Assembly (NCBI RefSeq): GCF_963676685.1
Contig: NC_092353.1
Location: 45,880,001-45,944,000 of the forward strand
Origin: Mytilus edulis
Taxonomy: Eukaryota
Direction: 5' to 3'
Length of the DNA: 64,000 nt
Shown: positions 12,376 to 25,605 of the stretch, piece after piece
Position numbering within the stretch: the first letter of the stretch is position 1
How the letters are laid out: each line of letters opens with the position of its first letter
Translations under genes and position numbers: made by a program
Notes under the pieces: model-generated
Database searches by the model: none
What the model was told of the DNA's origin: nothing
The model's input: only the letters and a program-made list of their open reading frames with translations

Positions 12376-13204
12376 TGCTAACTGTCACTTAGACCACTCT
12401 AAATTGCCTGTGACTGAGGGAGGAATTAGTTATTCTAGGTTGCACTGCAAATTCGTAGGGATTGTGGGCGACATACAGACTTTGAATATTTCCTGCTTCA
12501 CTTGACTAAAACTTACTATTTACAAATATATACTTTTACTATGTACCCCCGGTACTCTTTTTTAATGGCCTTTCATAATTTTAAAATCATTTGCACTTTT
12601 ATAATCATAAAGAACACAGTTATCATTTCGACCTAACAATTACGACTTATAATTACAGATAAACTTTGCACAGCCTGTTATCAATACATTGAAAAATATA
12701 TAAAAAAAATCATTTTTCAGAGCTTATCTAATGATCAAATATTATAAAAAGAATGACACCATTATACTTTTCCCATCGATAAAATATGTAGGAGTTTCAA
12801 AGGCTTAAAGAGGAAATGAACATAAAAAACCGTTGGAAGAATCTAACTACTCAACTAATACACTGTAATGACCAACTATTGATAAATTGTCAATCGTTAA
12901 ACAGCCATCTGTGGCCTTGGACTGACTTAATTCTGATACCCTCTTATTGTTTCTGATCACGTTAAAATACTCAGGTGATTACCAAATTCCATGTCTTGGA
13001 AATGTTTACTAACAAATCGTTAATTGATATCAGATAATTCAGTGGAATTGACAATTGTTGTTGCTGTCCTTCTTATTTGTTGTTATTTTGATATGATTAA
13101 AAGATACAGTGAAACCTGTTTAAACTGAACCTCTTCAGGACTTAAGGTTTTCAGTATATGAAATATAAAGAAGTTTGTCGGTAACATAGCTGGATACTGT
13201 TATA

Positions 13205-13580
13205 AATATGAGAATGGAAATGGGGAATGTGTCAAAGAGACAACAACCCGACCATAGAGCAGACAACAACGGAAGGCCACCAATGGGTCTTCAATGCAGC
13301 GAGAAAATCCCACACCCAGAGGCGTCCTTCAGCTGGCCCCTAAACAAACATGTATACTAGTTCAGTGATAATTGATGTCAAAACTAAACTCTGAATTATA
13401 CACAAGAAACTAAAATTAAAAATCATACAAGACTTAAACAAAGGCCAGAGGCTTCTGACTTGGGACAGGCGCAAAACTGTGGCAGGGTTAAACATTTTTT
13501 TGAGATCTCAACCCTCCCCATACCTCTAGCCAATGTAGAAAAAACAAACGCACAACAATACCCACAGTAAAAAATCAGTT
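13205..13580 (+). mobile_element. Interspersed repeat family B (unclassified); inverted copy 46285-46640, partial copy 14915-15050
   Basis: GAGAATGGAAATGGGGAATGTGTCAAAGAGACAAC...CCTGACTTGGGACAGG...CTCTAGCCAATGTAGAAAA is shared between copies. Confidence 0.85.
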
Positions 13581-15547
13581 TACAATGTTCTTGCCCTATT
13601 TTCTGGCAGAACAATCCCCAGGATACTGACCCTGATAATTTCATCCCTCACCGACTTGCACCAAATTAAACTAGTAACAATCCACAAGACTAATAATCAT
13701 TTCCTCTAGCCATCAGTTTATAATTATCAACCTACAAGACTTCCTTTTAAGTGTTGACAAACTCACGACACACAGCTAACGTTCTTAGGGATTGGAATGT
13801 TATCACCTTGATCATAAGATGTAATGTTTTTAATGAATAATTGTTTAATCAATTAATACTCTACAAGGTAGTAACTATGATCTGCAATATTTCCAATTTA
13901 GCCCTGATTCACACAGGGTAATAGTTCTATATTAGCAAACCAAGATTGCAATCAGGCAGTTTATTATTTCAAGCGATTATTTTGTGTTTCCCACCTGCGA
14001 TTCCCCGACCTGATAAGAATCGTGATTTGAACATGCGTAGGTGTCTAGTAAAAGTTACACAATCATGTGTTTAAAGGCTGAATGGATATATCTTACATTT
14101 AAGCAGGAAGAATGAATCCTCTGGGTGGCTTATCGGGACCAGTTTTCTAAACAGCTTAGTAAAATTTAATTACTTTCATCATTAATTAATAATGGAATAA
14201 AGTACGTCAAGCATAACTAAGATAATATTGTCCTAGAATTAAGCACCTATAATTACAACAAAGTCAAAAGTTGAACTAAAATACTTTAACACAAGAAGAA
14301 GAAGCATGGGTTTTATTTAAAATACTTGGTGACTTATTTTACATGTAAGATTTTTTGTGAAAAGGGCAGCTACAGGCCTTTGTTTCATAAATCGTTCATA
14401 AAACTTAGGTGAATTACTAAGACGAAGCCATCTTGGATATGTTAAATTTCCACACATAAAGACAAAAAGGAGAAAATGCCATCAATTCATAGTTTATACA
14501 GAATATTCAAAAATCTCAAGACTTTTTTTTTCTGTAGATTAAAAAAGACAAATAATTAAGTCAAAGAATTTGTACTTTTGTCATGAAACAAAGCAAAATC
14601 ATTTCAACTTCAAATTTGTGAACTCAATCACTTCAAAGTGCAAATATATCGTTTCAATATCGTATAGAATATCCAAGATGGGACGGGTTGAAATATGGAT
14701 GCTTTACTGATCACAAATTTTATGTTGCAAGTCTTCAGATAGAATTTTAACTACAAGTATCAAATACATCCTATATTATCAGTGATACATGAAAATGAGG
14801 TCAAAGTCAGATGAGCTCTGCCAGACAGACATATAACCTTAAAACCATTCCATACACAAATTCCAAACCTTGTTGACATATTGCTTAAAGTGTTCAGAAA
14901 AACACATTTTAGTTAAGGGGCCACCTGAAGTTGACTCTAGGTGCGAGATTTTCTCTTTGTATTGAGGTCCCATTGGTGGCCTTTAGCTGTTGACTTTTTA
15001 CTCTATGGTCGGGTTGTTGTCTCTTCAACACATTCCCCATTTTCATTCCCTATATTATTGATAACTGCTTCCTCATTTTGTCCTTTTTCTGATGTTAAGG
15101 TACTTAAAACATGTGTAAAAGATTTGGTCTGTAATTATTTTTTTTTACAAAATCCACTAATCTTTGATGGGGTGGGGGTAGGGTATAATCATTTCTGCTG
15201 ACAAGGGGTGCTTTAAGTACATCGTCAAAACAATTCCTAAACAATGTATACATTTAAGAGTCAATAAGTAATATAAACTGTAACTGGAAGGTCAGTAATA
15301 TTAGATCTCCATGCAACATGATACCATGGTTATATATGAAATGTTACCAAATAGATGCAAAATGTTTTATAGAATATACATTTAGAAATTATGGTTTAGT
15401 GTATAAGAATGTAAATCAATCATTATTTGAGACCATGTGACATCTGCATAATGTTCTCTTGTTAAAAGTCCATTCCACTTGACAATGCCAGTCGTAGAAT
15501 TATACAATTATAGACACATCTGACAAAAGAACGAACTTAAACAAAAT

Positions 15548-15772
15548 GAGGGCCCTCATAGGGTTTTTGATTATGTGATTACTTGGCCGTTTTTTTAATG
15601 ATTATTTGATTATTAAGCCAAATATTTCATGATTATTTGATTACCTAGGACTGTATTTTTAGTTTATGATTATTTGATTACTAAAGATAAGCAAATATTT
15701 AATGATTATGTGATTATATTGGCCAAAAAATGGTGATTATGTGATTACTAGGACCCCCCCATGAGGGGCCTC
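15548..15772. mobile_element. GAG...CTC MITE with 6-bp TSD CAAAAT and internal GATTA repeats
   Basis: CAAAAT|GAGGGCCCTCAT ... ATGAGGGGCCTC|CAAAAT. Confidence 0.9.
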
Positions 15773-16097
15773 CAAAATGCTAAATACGTAATGTTACCAT
15801 TTGTCATTGTAAATGAAAAGTTTAAATGTTAACATAGATTTCTGTTTCAAGGCCTAAATAGAAAAAGAAATGGTTAACATAAAAGGCTTAGAAATCATGG
15901 AAATGTTCAGAAACAGTTTTCATACTTGTTACTGAAGATAAGAGAAATTGTGAATTGTATTTACCACCAAAGTATGTAAACTAGTTTCCTCCTGTAATGA
16001 ATATAAAACAATGACACAATGAAGTCTCATATTACAACGGAAAAGCTTTAAGATGCTGAAGTCATAACAGACTTTATTCCCCAAGCTAAATGTTATA

Positions 16098-16306
16098 CTG
16101 TGGATTTATTTATTTTCGTGGGTATCAATTTTCGTGGATTGAGGAAAACTTTCATTTTCATGGATATTAGATTTCGTGGTTTTGCCAATCTCTGCATACA
16201 AAGCCTACAGAAAATTTGTAATTCGTTGAACATTTGAATTGGTGGTTCACCTGTACCCACGAAACCCATGAAAATTGGTATCCAACGAATAATGATGAAT
16301 CCTCAA
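16098..16306. mobile_element. TA-flanked MITE (Tc1/mariner-like); other copies ~835-1022, 47465-47645, 59977-60185, 63844-64000
   Basis: TA|CTGTGGATTYATT...TTTCGTGG...AATGAATCC(A)CAG|TA architecture recurs five times. Confidence 0.85.
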
Positions 16307-17994
16307 TATTGGAATGTGAGTGTACTGTCAATTTCATGTCTTTCCTTGAGCTGCTGAGGTCACTATTTCAAGTTTCAAGCTTCTAAATGTTTGAAAAGGT
16401 TGAGAGATTATGATCATAGCTGCCATAAAAAAAAAAAGTGTAATATCATCTAAGCTACCAGTCTATAAACCCATCATAAATATTAGGCTTAAAACTTTGT
16501 ACATAAGAAGCATGTTTCATTTACAAGGGACTCATCAATGTCAGCCTCTCATGATCAACAAATTTAAATGCCAAATTAAGTAGGAGGCGTTGAAGACCCA
16601 AAATTCAGAAAGGCATTACTATGAATTTCAGCAATCATCACCAATGACTAATTCATTGTTTTGCTTAGAAGTTCTAACGGAAATTTCCGTCACTGTAACT
16701 AAAATTGGAACTCATTTCATGAGAATTTTAACATTCCATAAAATTGCATTCTGGGTAATACCAAACCATAAACAATGATATATTACAGTAAACATTACTA
16801 TAGCATCATTTAAATGTGCTATTACAAGAATGCATGGGCTATATATCATTTATTCAATAACTCATCCCCAAGCAATGAGATTATATAAGCCTGACCTTAA
16901 GTTCATTGATGTTTTTCCTTCATATTATTCCCATCAAGGTCACAGTGAAAGAAATTATTCATTCTAGAAGGAAGTTCCAGCGGCTTCTGACAAAATTAAA
17001 GTCTTAATGATCAAATATATACTATATATATAAACCTGTAACAAAACCGATGTTTTCTGGGAAAAACATCTAATTTAATACAGAGTCTTTCTAATACATA
17101 TAAACAAGATGCTAACGAAGGGAAGATACTTTAATTTAAAAATAATAGCAGTGATTTTACTTCCTTATATGATTTAAATTGCATTTTCAGAAGCAATATA
17201 TTGCAGCTCTACTTTCTTCATTTATAAATTTGCAGTATATATCTCAGATACTGCCAAAAGCAGGCCAACACAGTCATGCTTCAGTGATTTCCTAAATAAT
17301 CAACCAATTATTTTTTCCCATTTGAATACTTTGTACTCTGAATAAAAACAAAAGACACAAAAATGGACAGAAATTTGTATCACTTTTACTGCCATGATTC
17401 TGTTAAGCTTGGTCAGGGTATAAAATTTATGAAATCAAACATCATAATGTTAATAGGATATGAATTTCACTTCAAAGAGTTCAGCATCTGTTGTTCTTTC
17501 TCATATGATAACATTAAAGCACTCTTACTTCATTAAGTCAGGTTCTGTAAGGTTTCAGGCTATATTTCAGACAATTACTGGGAGATTGCAGACAATCTAA
17601 ATTCAATATTTTTAATTACAACTGAAATTTCTGAGATGTTAACATTTCCTTAAAGTTCAAACAAAGGTCATATTATTCACAATTATAATATGTCTGTTCT
17701 TTAGGTATCAGGAACATAACTGACCAAATGATTTTACAAACCTTGCAGAACTTGTCTAGTCCCATTCCAGTGGCTGACACAGAATTTTTCATAAGTGGGG
17801 AGGGAGGGAGGCACTGACTATTACAAGAGGAGGTCCACACAGTCATGCTTCAGTCATTCAACCAATAATTTTTTCCACAAAAGAAGGGGCCTAGACACCC
17901 CCTGCCCCCTTAAATCTGTCTGCTTTCATAATCCAAGGATTGAAACTCATCTTTACAGTTTTATTACTCAGGGATATAATAAAGTTTTGTACAC

Positions 17995-18179
17995 CAATTC
18001 AGCTTTTCAGAATCTAAAGGCCTATGGGTAATCTCATTGTTTGTACACCAAAATGAAAATAACGATATGTCATTGGTTGAATTTCCATTGTATATCACGT
18101 TGTAAACCAATCACAATGTTTTGGTGTACGCTTTTGGAAATATTACACAGAATGCATTAGATTCTAAAACAGCGAATTG
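17995..18179. mobile_element. CAATT-terminal MITE; copies 50167-50351 and partial 21975-22135
   Basis: TIR CAATT(A/C)GCCGTTTCAGAATCT / AGATTCTGAAACGGCGAATTG; shared core GTACACCAAAATGAAAATAAC...GTCATTGG. Confidence 0.85.
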
Positions 18180-18333
18180 AGATAAAGCAGGTGAACCTAA
18201 AGTTACTCCAATGGTCCCTATCAACTTTGTTGAAGCAAACATAACATCATCTCTACTCTTACTGTTTTACAATTTGCAAATTACAGATAGTCTATTGTAG
18301 TGCAATAGAAAACATTTTTTTTTTACTGATAGT

Positions 18334-18529
18334 GGGTCTCATTGGGGTCTAAGTGTGACAAGGGATTGCCAATTTTTCGTAAGCGTGACATGTGAAAGTC
18401 AAATTTTTGAGCCTTGAAAATGGGAAATAAAGTCTAGCGTGACAAGGAAAATGACAAAAAAAAAGAGAATTGCTTATGTACATAGTGTAAGAGGGATCCG
18501 GTATCAGAACCCCCCAATGAGACCCCCCA
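18334..18529. mobile_element. MITE with GGGTCTCATTGGGG TIR and GATAGT TSD
   Basis: GATAGT|GGGTCTCATTGGGG ... CCCCCCAATGAGACCCCCCA|GATAGT. Confidence 0.8.
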
Positions 18530-19346
18530 GATAGTATTTAATATTTTAACAAGCATACAAAAAGGATGCTCATCTTAAAAAAATATCTAAACAACACACA
18601 AAAATAAACTATAATTCAACTGCTATTTAAAATTTCCGTAAGAATGTAACTATGATTGAAATAACCATTTTCTTCATAATCAATGTAAAAAACTATTTTG
18701 ATCATGAAATGCAAACAAAAATATTGTACTATTAAAACCCGATTATACAAAACCTTTCACTTTAAAAATGTAAATATATATAACTCGGTGTCCTATTAAA
18801 AAGGGGATAAATCAAATTCATTATTTGCTTTAAATCTTTTTACAAAATTAAGCACTTTTTCATTGTCACTAATCTCCAATGGTTAACCAACTCAGCAAGT
18901 CCTCTAGTTACGACCTGTGTAATTTTTCCCAGTAAAATCCCAACGGAATCATTATTGACATGGCTGAAGCTAAAATTCAATATATATTTCACTTCTATCT
19001 ATCCAAGGTATTATATCTAATCTTTATAAAATAATTGACTCGGGAGTATTAAAGTCTAAATATAGATTCAATCTAGGACATCTCCTCTGTGGTTCTTGGA
19101 CAATGAAATTTATTGTCGCTACAATATCAAATTACTCAAATCCAGCTAAAAAATGTATTGTTACATAAGGCGAGAAGCTAATGTACACAGGGTTAATGTG
19201 CGAGGCACTGAGCCTAACTTAATTTTCCAACCACTGGTTGCGCTGACAACACTTTACAAAGATGATTTCACGGAGATAATGATAATTAGTGGGTTTTCTC
19301 AATGAATATATAGAACACTGTCAAATTATGTCTATTTTATTGACAA

Positions 19347-19520
19347 TTTTCTGGTTGACCTAAATTGTGAGGGGAAAATTCTGATTGACCTTAAATGTGG
19401 TGGAAAAATTCTGGTTGACCTAAATTGTGAGGGAAAAATTCTGATTGACCTTAAATGTGGTGGAAAAATTCTGGTTGACCTAAATTGTGAGGACAAATTC
19501 TGGTTGACGTTATTTGTGGT
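19347..19520. repeat. 30-bp minisatellite, ~6 copies, alternating A/B units (60-bp period)
   Basis: TTGAC at 19355, 19385, 19415, 19445, 19475, 19504. Confidence 0.9.
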
Positions 19521-21184
19521 CGAGAAAAGTAATGAAGTAAATAATTCATATTGGTCATGCGGTTGATATTTTATGATATCAATATTGTGACGAAAATCAT
19601 ATAATCAAAATGGATTGAATTCATATGTTTTTTATTATGATAGAAACAATAGTTATTCAATGTTTCACCATCAAATGAGGAGATGACTTATTTTAGAAGA
19701 TTAAGCTACCAACAATCAATCAATCAATCAATTAGTAATTTCAGGTCAAATTTATCAAGGTCTGGTCAAACAAAATAACATTAGTGATAAGTTTGGTCAA
19801 AGCTTTTAAGGGTCTGTCAACTTATTTAATGTCACAATACCATGGTATGCAATTTTATAAAGAGCTGGGCATAGTGATGCAGACAGATTAAAGGACCAAT
19901 AGAGTTAATTATGAATTTCTAAAATCAGTTTTATTATTATTTGTAACATTGGCCTCAATAGTTGAGTTATATATGTAGGTAGTATACTTTTTCATATATA
20001 AATCTACGCTTCCCAATGCTATTCACAGTAAAGGGTTTATTAGAAAGTCAGTCCTTTGAAAAACTAAAAAAGAGCAGTACGTGACCCTTGGCTCTCAAAA
20101 TTAATCAACCAGTAGTGGGCACTTTTTTGGTTATAATATATTAAGGATCTTGTGTTGCCGCCAAGGTTTCCCAAAATTTATATTGTCAAAAAAATACAAA
20201 AAAATTGTATTTTGACAATGTTTTAAAAAAAAATGTGCGGACTTTAGAGCATATAATGTCCTCTTATGTAGCAATTTGTTTTTCCAAACATCAAGGCTTT
20301 TGAAATAGATCCATTTAAGAACTAAATGATTGCCTTTCTGATCTTTTATGATAAAGAAGAAATTCAAGGCCATATTTGGCTATAACAGAACTATTTCCTT
20401 AACTACAATTTTTCAAAACTCAAAGCTATTTAGATCTTGCATTATGATATAGACATTTTTCTATGAATGGAGGCAACTGACCTTTAAATGGTCTATACTA
20501 TTTTATAGACTTGTTAGATTTCTCTTTGATTGACTATTTACATTCATAGAAAGACTGAATATCCTTTTGACGACCATCATAAATTATTTTCAGTAAACCA
20601 AACCTTTGGCCTTTTTCAAAAATCCCCTAAATACATTGAAGTAGTTCTGGCAAAAACAACTTCAAACCAAAGCAAATACGCCCTACAACTCTTAGTTACA
20701 GAGAAAAGACCCAAAGCTGTCTCCAAATACCAAACACAGAGAAAATAACATCCATTTTCCCTGGAAATAATCATCGTATCAGCAGTGACAGTAATCTGAC
20801 AGATAGGATGACCTTTCTTCACTGATTTCTCAAGAGTCCACGTCATGTCTGAAGAAAGTACAATAACAACGCACCAATGATATTTGAATACATTGATTTT
20901 CTTATTTACAGAGACAAAATGTACTGGGAAAAATTTGGGAGAAAAAACACCTGAACAAATCAGGTGATCTATCTTTTAAAAAAGAACATTGGCAAACAGG
21001 AAAAGGAAAATATTCAGGTTTTTATTTGTTCATATGACATATACCGGTACTGGTTAGAACATGAATTGAAGAACTTTGTGAATTTATATGGGCTTGAGAG
21101 TTACGATAACAATCAGATATTTCAAAGATATTGTTGATTTCAAGAATTTGTATCCTGAAGAAAGTTATGTATAATGTTGGCAAA

Positions 21185-21410
21185 GAAAAAGAGGGGCAAA
21201 AGATTTCAGAGGGAAATTCAAACTCATAGATTGAAAATAAACTGACAACATCATGGCTAAAAAAGAAAAAGACAGACAGACAAATAATAGTTCACATGCC
21301 ACAACATAGAAAACTAATCAACACGAACCCCACCAAAAACTGGGGGTGATCTCATGTACTCTGGAAGGGTAAGCAGATCCTACTCCACATGTAGCACCTG
21401 TTGTGTTGAC
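21185..21410 (+). mobile_element. Interspersed repeat family C (unclassified); relic at ~58680-58820
   Basis: AGAGGGAAATTCAAACTCATAGATTGAAAATAAACTGACAAC...GGAAGGGTAAGCAGATCC; the head also terminates the 131-bp array at 41130-41172. Confidence 0.7.
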
Positions 21411-21525
21411 CCCTAAATACATCATCATATTTAGATACAAATGAGAAACACCATCATCCATAGTTAGCATACCTCTTCACTGAGGCATTCTTACCTAGCG
21501 TACCTCTTCACTGAGGCTTTCTTAC

Positions 21526-21600
21526 CTTTTCTAAAACAGCTATACAGCCCTGATGAGCAACTATTTTACATGCAACACATTTCTTTCTTTGACCCGTTTT
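21526..21600 (-). CDS. DGKZ: DGK zeta/iota-like exon, C1a core (KTGQRKKCVACKIVAHQGCIAVLEK)
   Basis: ttttaatttcag acceptor, AAG|gtaaga donor, 75 nt. CxxC-x4-HxxC matches DGKzeta RRKCAACKIVVHTPCIEQLEK. Confidence 0.96.
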
Positions 21601-22269
21601 CTGAAATTAAAACAAATGAAATATCTTGTATTAAAGCATAATTTTGATAACAATTCAGCAGTTTAAAGCTGCATCATTTTGAATTTGTTCAGTCAGTTGT
21701 CTCATTCACAGTTATAACACACCACCTTATCTTATACCAACCCACCACATACTTTAAGATTATGTGTCTGTTGGTAGTAAAGAGCCAGGCAATGAATGTA
21801 AGCTATTGGTGGTCTTTTGTTGCTAATTATTAATTTTTTTTTATTGTTTTGGTAGAAATCAAGTATTTTGTTTTGTTTCACATTTTTTATATCTAAAGGA
21901 ATTAAAGCTTAATTCCTGGACGGAACTTTGTTTGCCATATAGTTACCTATAGTTCCCTTTTCACAATATAAAGGACTATGGGTAATCTCATTGTTCGTAC
22001 ACCAAAATGAAAATAACATTACGTCATTGGCTCAATTTCCATTGTTTAGAACGTTTTAAACCAATTACAATGTTTTAGTGTACACTTTTAAAAATATTAC
22101 CCAGAATGCATTAGATACTGAAAAATGATGAATTGCTCATGACAATCCTTGTCCTTTGGTGTTTTAAAAGTCATCAATTGGTAATCTTACTAAATCTCCT
22201 TATTTCAAATAAGAGGAAAAGTGATTGTAGGATTTCATTTCTGTGGGCCAGGATGAACAGGAAGATATT

Positions 22270-22410
22270 TAATTTTTGATTTGTTTGTGTTTTATCACAA
22301 CTTATGGGCTATTTTGTGGCGGCCAGTTTTTATTAGTTGAGGAAGCCGTAGTCCCTGGAGAAAACCACTGACCTACATAGGAAAACTGACAATCCTAGTC
22401 CAGTTTACTC
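22270..22410 (-). mobile_element. V-domain-like SINE fragment; others at ~51450-51620, ~59505-59610, ~11325-11410
   Basis: GTGGCGGCCAGTTTTTATT...GAGGAAGCCG...GGAGAAAACCAC...GAAAACTGACAATCCTAGTC is the reverse complement of the 3286-3545 SINE body. Confidence 0.8.
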
Positions 22411-24269
22411 ACATGCGCGGGGCAGGGGACGTATCAAGAAAAAAAAACACAAAGCAATTAATATGTGATGAGTAAATCATAGAACTAATGACTTAACAGC
22501 AGAAACTGTGATTTACGAGAGCAAATTAAAAGATTAAGGAAGTAACAAGTTTCAAAGCTTCTTCAAAAATGTGTGAAAAAATTAATGAATTTCTACACCA
22601 TCAAATTAATGAGTTTCACATTTAAAACAAAAACATAAATTCATCATGAACTAAAATCAATAAAGTCCAAGTCTTACAATTTGCTTAATCAATTTGGTGC
22701 ACCTTGGGATTTTTCTCTGTCAAAAGAGTGAATAATCATGTACAGTAAAGAATGCTTCGAATTTCAATTTAAGGTAAACAGTCCTTATAAAGAATGTGAC
22801 CTAGACAAAACTCCTACATGAAAACCTGGAAATCCATCTAGGAAGACTTATAAGCTCACAAAATTGATCATAATTTCATGTTGGTTTTTTTTCTTCCCAT
22901 AATAATGCTCCAGAGACAAAGTAATGACTTATACAGTAATTGCTTTGCATGTACGACGATATAAAACTGTATAATAAAATGTTCATCCATGACTGGTAAC
23001 CAGCACAGATAAAAAAAAACTCTCTCTGTGAGGTTATAAGGGACAGGTAAGTGTAAAAGGGACATAACTTATAATATCAAAATAAGAGGATGTGTGAAAC
23101 AACTTTCCACCAGGGAAAAAATGAAATAGATTTTTTATAATTTTAGGTAACATATTTTGATGGTAAATAAAAATAACAAAATGTGATTTGATTGCAAAAC
23201 TATCCACTAGAGGTCTATAACTTATAAACATCATGGTGTTTATATATGGAATCAGCCACTGATTCAGCCACTGATTCAGCTGCTCATAAAGTCCAGCAAA
23301 TTGTATCTTGTTAGAATGTCTGTTCACTAATGAATTAGATCTTTGAATATTGTGTTTATTGGTATAAATATTGATTTGTTGTCAGTAAATATTGAAATCT
23401 ATCTAATTAATTTTGTAATATAAATTATTACATATGCACCTTCATAGTTCTATAATCTGGCAACGCCTGTATCTTGGCATTGCACAAGGTCATGTTTTTT
23501 TACTGTTTATATTGTCTTTACACTAAATCCATTGTCTGAGGATGTGTAGACTGATCAATGCTTTAGTCTAAGATGCATGATTTCCTTTATTAGCTGTTCT
23601 TGGCTTTGACCTGTGGTTTTAGTTTGTTGCTGTATATCTTATTTGTTTTCCATTAGATTTTCTCATTTGAATTGTATTACATTTGTCATTGTATGGCCTT
23701 TTATAGATGACTATGAGGTATGGGATTTGCTCAATGTTGAAGGCAGTACAATGAGCTATAAATGTTATTGTTAAGGTCATAAATGTTACTGTTAAAGTGG
23801 ATGACATTTGGTCACTGGTGGAGAGTTATAAGTCTCATTGGCAATCATACAAAAAATAAGACACTTGTTTGTAAAACTGTGTGGTGGTTTTTTTTTCTTC
23901 TCATTATCAGATTATAGCAAAATTCAACTCTTCCATCTTAAATTGGAATTTGACAGTTGTTATCCATTTGTTTGATGTGTTTGAACTTTTAATTTTGCCA
24001 TTTGATTCCGGACTTTCCATTTTCATTTTCATCCAACAATTAACGAAAAAAGTTAAAAGAACGTTAAATCTTTCATAAGAACAAAGTAACTTCAATATGA
24101 CCAAGGGTAAATCCAAAATAAAATAACTGCCAAAAAATTATCAGAGATCTGAATTTCGAAGGCATTTCATAAATAGACTCCTGACAAAACCATGTAATGA
24201 TACTGGCTTGCCAATTTATTTTTTAAATACATCCAAGGAACTGTAAGTTCTATTAACAATATAGCCTAC

Positions 24270-24353
24270 CATACAATCAGGCTCCATTGCATAGCAATAG
24301 TCCCCAGAGGCATTGGTCTCCACCCACATATGTTCACTGTTAATGGCTTGCTC
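24270..24353 (-). CDS. DGKZ: DGK zeta/iota-like exon, start of C1a domain (EQAINSEHMWVETNASGDYCYAMEPDCM)
   Basis: tttttccatttcag acceptor, ATG|gtaggc donor, 84 nt. Matches DGKzeta [21 protein letters not shown]. Confidence 0.96.
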
Positions 24354-24956
24354 CTGAAATGGAAAAAAAATATCTTAAAATAATCAGACAAGCATGATCA
24401 AAATTTGATGCCTAAAAGTTATATATATGATGATGGATGAATGCTTAATTTTACACAGGTTATTTTTCAACAATTGTCTAGATATCTGTTTTTGCTGTCA
24501 TCTTCTGATCTGAGAATTAATTGATTGTGTCCTATTTCCCTATTAGGAATTTTTTACCGAGTCTAAGAATTGAATGGAAGGTGGTGCTTACATAGCAGGA
24601 TATGCTTACTATTACAATGCACCCAGCCCCTTATGAGGGGTAGGACCTTTTTCGGGATGCCAGGATCAGGTTTTTTTAAGCTTGGGATTTCAGGATTGAT
24701 CCTTTCGGGATCTGGGAACTCCTTTTTCAAATTTTGGGATGTTGGGATTAAAGTGCTTCATGCAGTTCCCACAGGTTTTTTCTCTTTGATGGTATATTTT
24801 TATTATTTACCAGTGTTTTTACCTCTTGTTTGCAGTTTGTTATATTTTCTTATCTCTGTCATTTTCTTGGTAGAGTTGGTAATGTATATAGTGTTATGGT
24901 AGATTTGTTTGTGTTCAACATTACTTGCAGAACTTTTGCTGTATTTGGTAGCGATC

Positions 24957-25143
24957 CAGTGGCGGATCCAGGGGGGGGGGGGGGGGGGGGTTCCGGGGGG
25001 GGGGGGGGGGACCCCCCTTTTTTTTGCCGCTCAATGTATTTGAATGGGAAAATATAGTTGGAACCCCCTTTTGTCCTGGGTTGGGAACCCCCCCCCCCCC
25101 CCCCTCCCCCCCCCCCTTTTTAAAATGGCTGGATCCGCCCCTG
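24957..25143. mobile_element. CAG-terminal G/C-tract MITE (sister of 1075-1242, inverted)
   Basis: CGATC|CAGTGGCGGATCCAG ... CTGGATCCGCCCCTG|CGGTC. Confidence 0.88.
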
Positions 25144-25369
25144 CGGTCAGTTTTTTTTAAACTACAAAGTTTTATATAATAGTAAGGAGGGATGACATGA
25201 TTGCTAATGAGACAACTGTCCACCAGAGGTCAAAGGATGAGAATGTTTTGGCCAGTACTGTTGTCATTTTACTAGCTGCATTCAGTCATTTTTCATCCTT
25301 TTTTAAAATGCTGTATTTGTGTTTTGGTGACAAGTTATTTGTTCACTATAATCTTGCCATGGTTTATAA

Positions 25370-25605
25370 ATAAGTGTTTCTTATTTCTTGTTTGTTAAAT
25401 ATAGATTAGATTAGACCGTTGGTTTTCCCTTATGAATGGTTTTACAATAGTCCTTTTTGGGGGCCTTTATAGCTTGCTGTTTGGTGTGAGCCAAGGCTTC
25501 ATGTTGAAGACCGTACTTTGACATATAATGGTTTACATTTACAAATTGTGACTTGGATGGAGCCTCAGTTGTCTCATTGGCACTCATACCACATCTTCTT
25601 ATATC
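25370..25605 (-). mobile_element. Interspersed repeat family A copy, starting ~12 nt from the donor of the 25618-25723 exon
   Basis: Reverse complement of GATATAAGAAGATGTGGTATGAGTGCCAATGAGACAAC...; another minus-strand copy at ~23625-23850. Confidence 0.85.

Noticed and set aside
19806-20487. Possible old TTAA-flanked transposon
   Set aside because: Putative TIRs (GGGTCTGTC versus AGGTCAGTT) are too diverged to support a call.
20530-20880. Overlapping 72-aa and 76-aa ORFs in a slightly GC-richer patch
   Set aside because: No recognisable homology or convincing donor. The DGK exons on either side already join colinearly with known DGKzeta.
24830-25223. Gly/Pro-rich ORFs (also 1033-1245)
   Set aside because: Translations of MITE G/C homopolymer runs.
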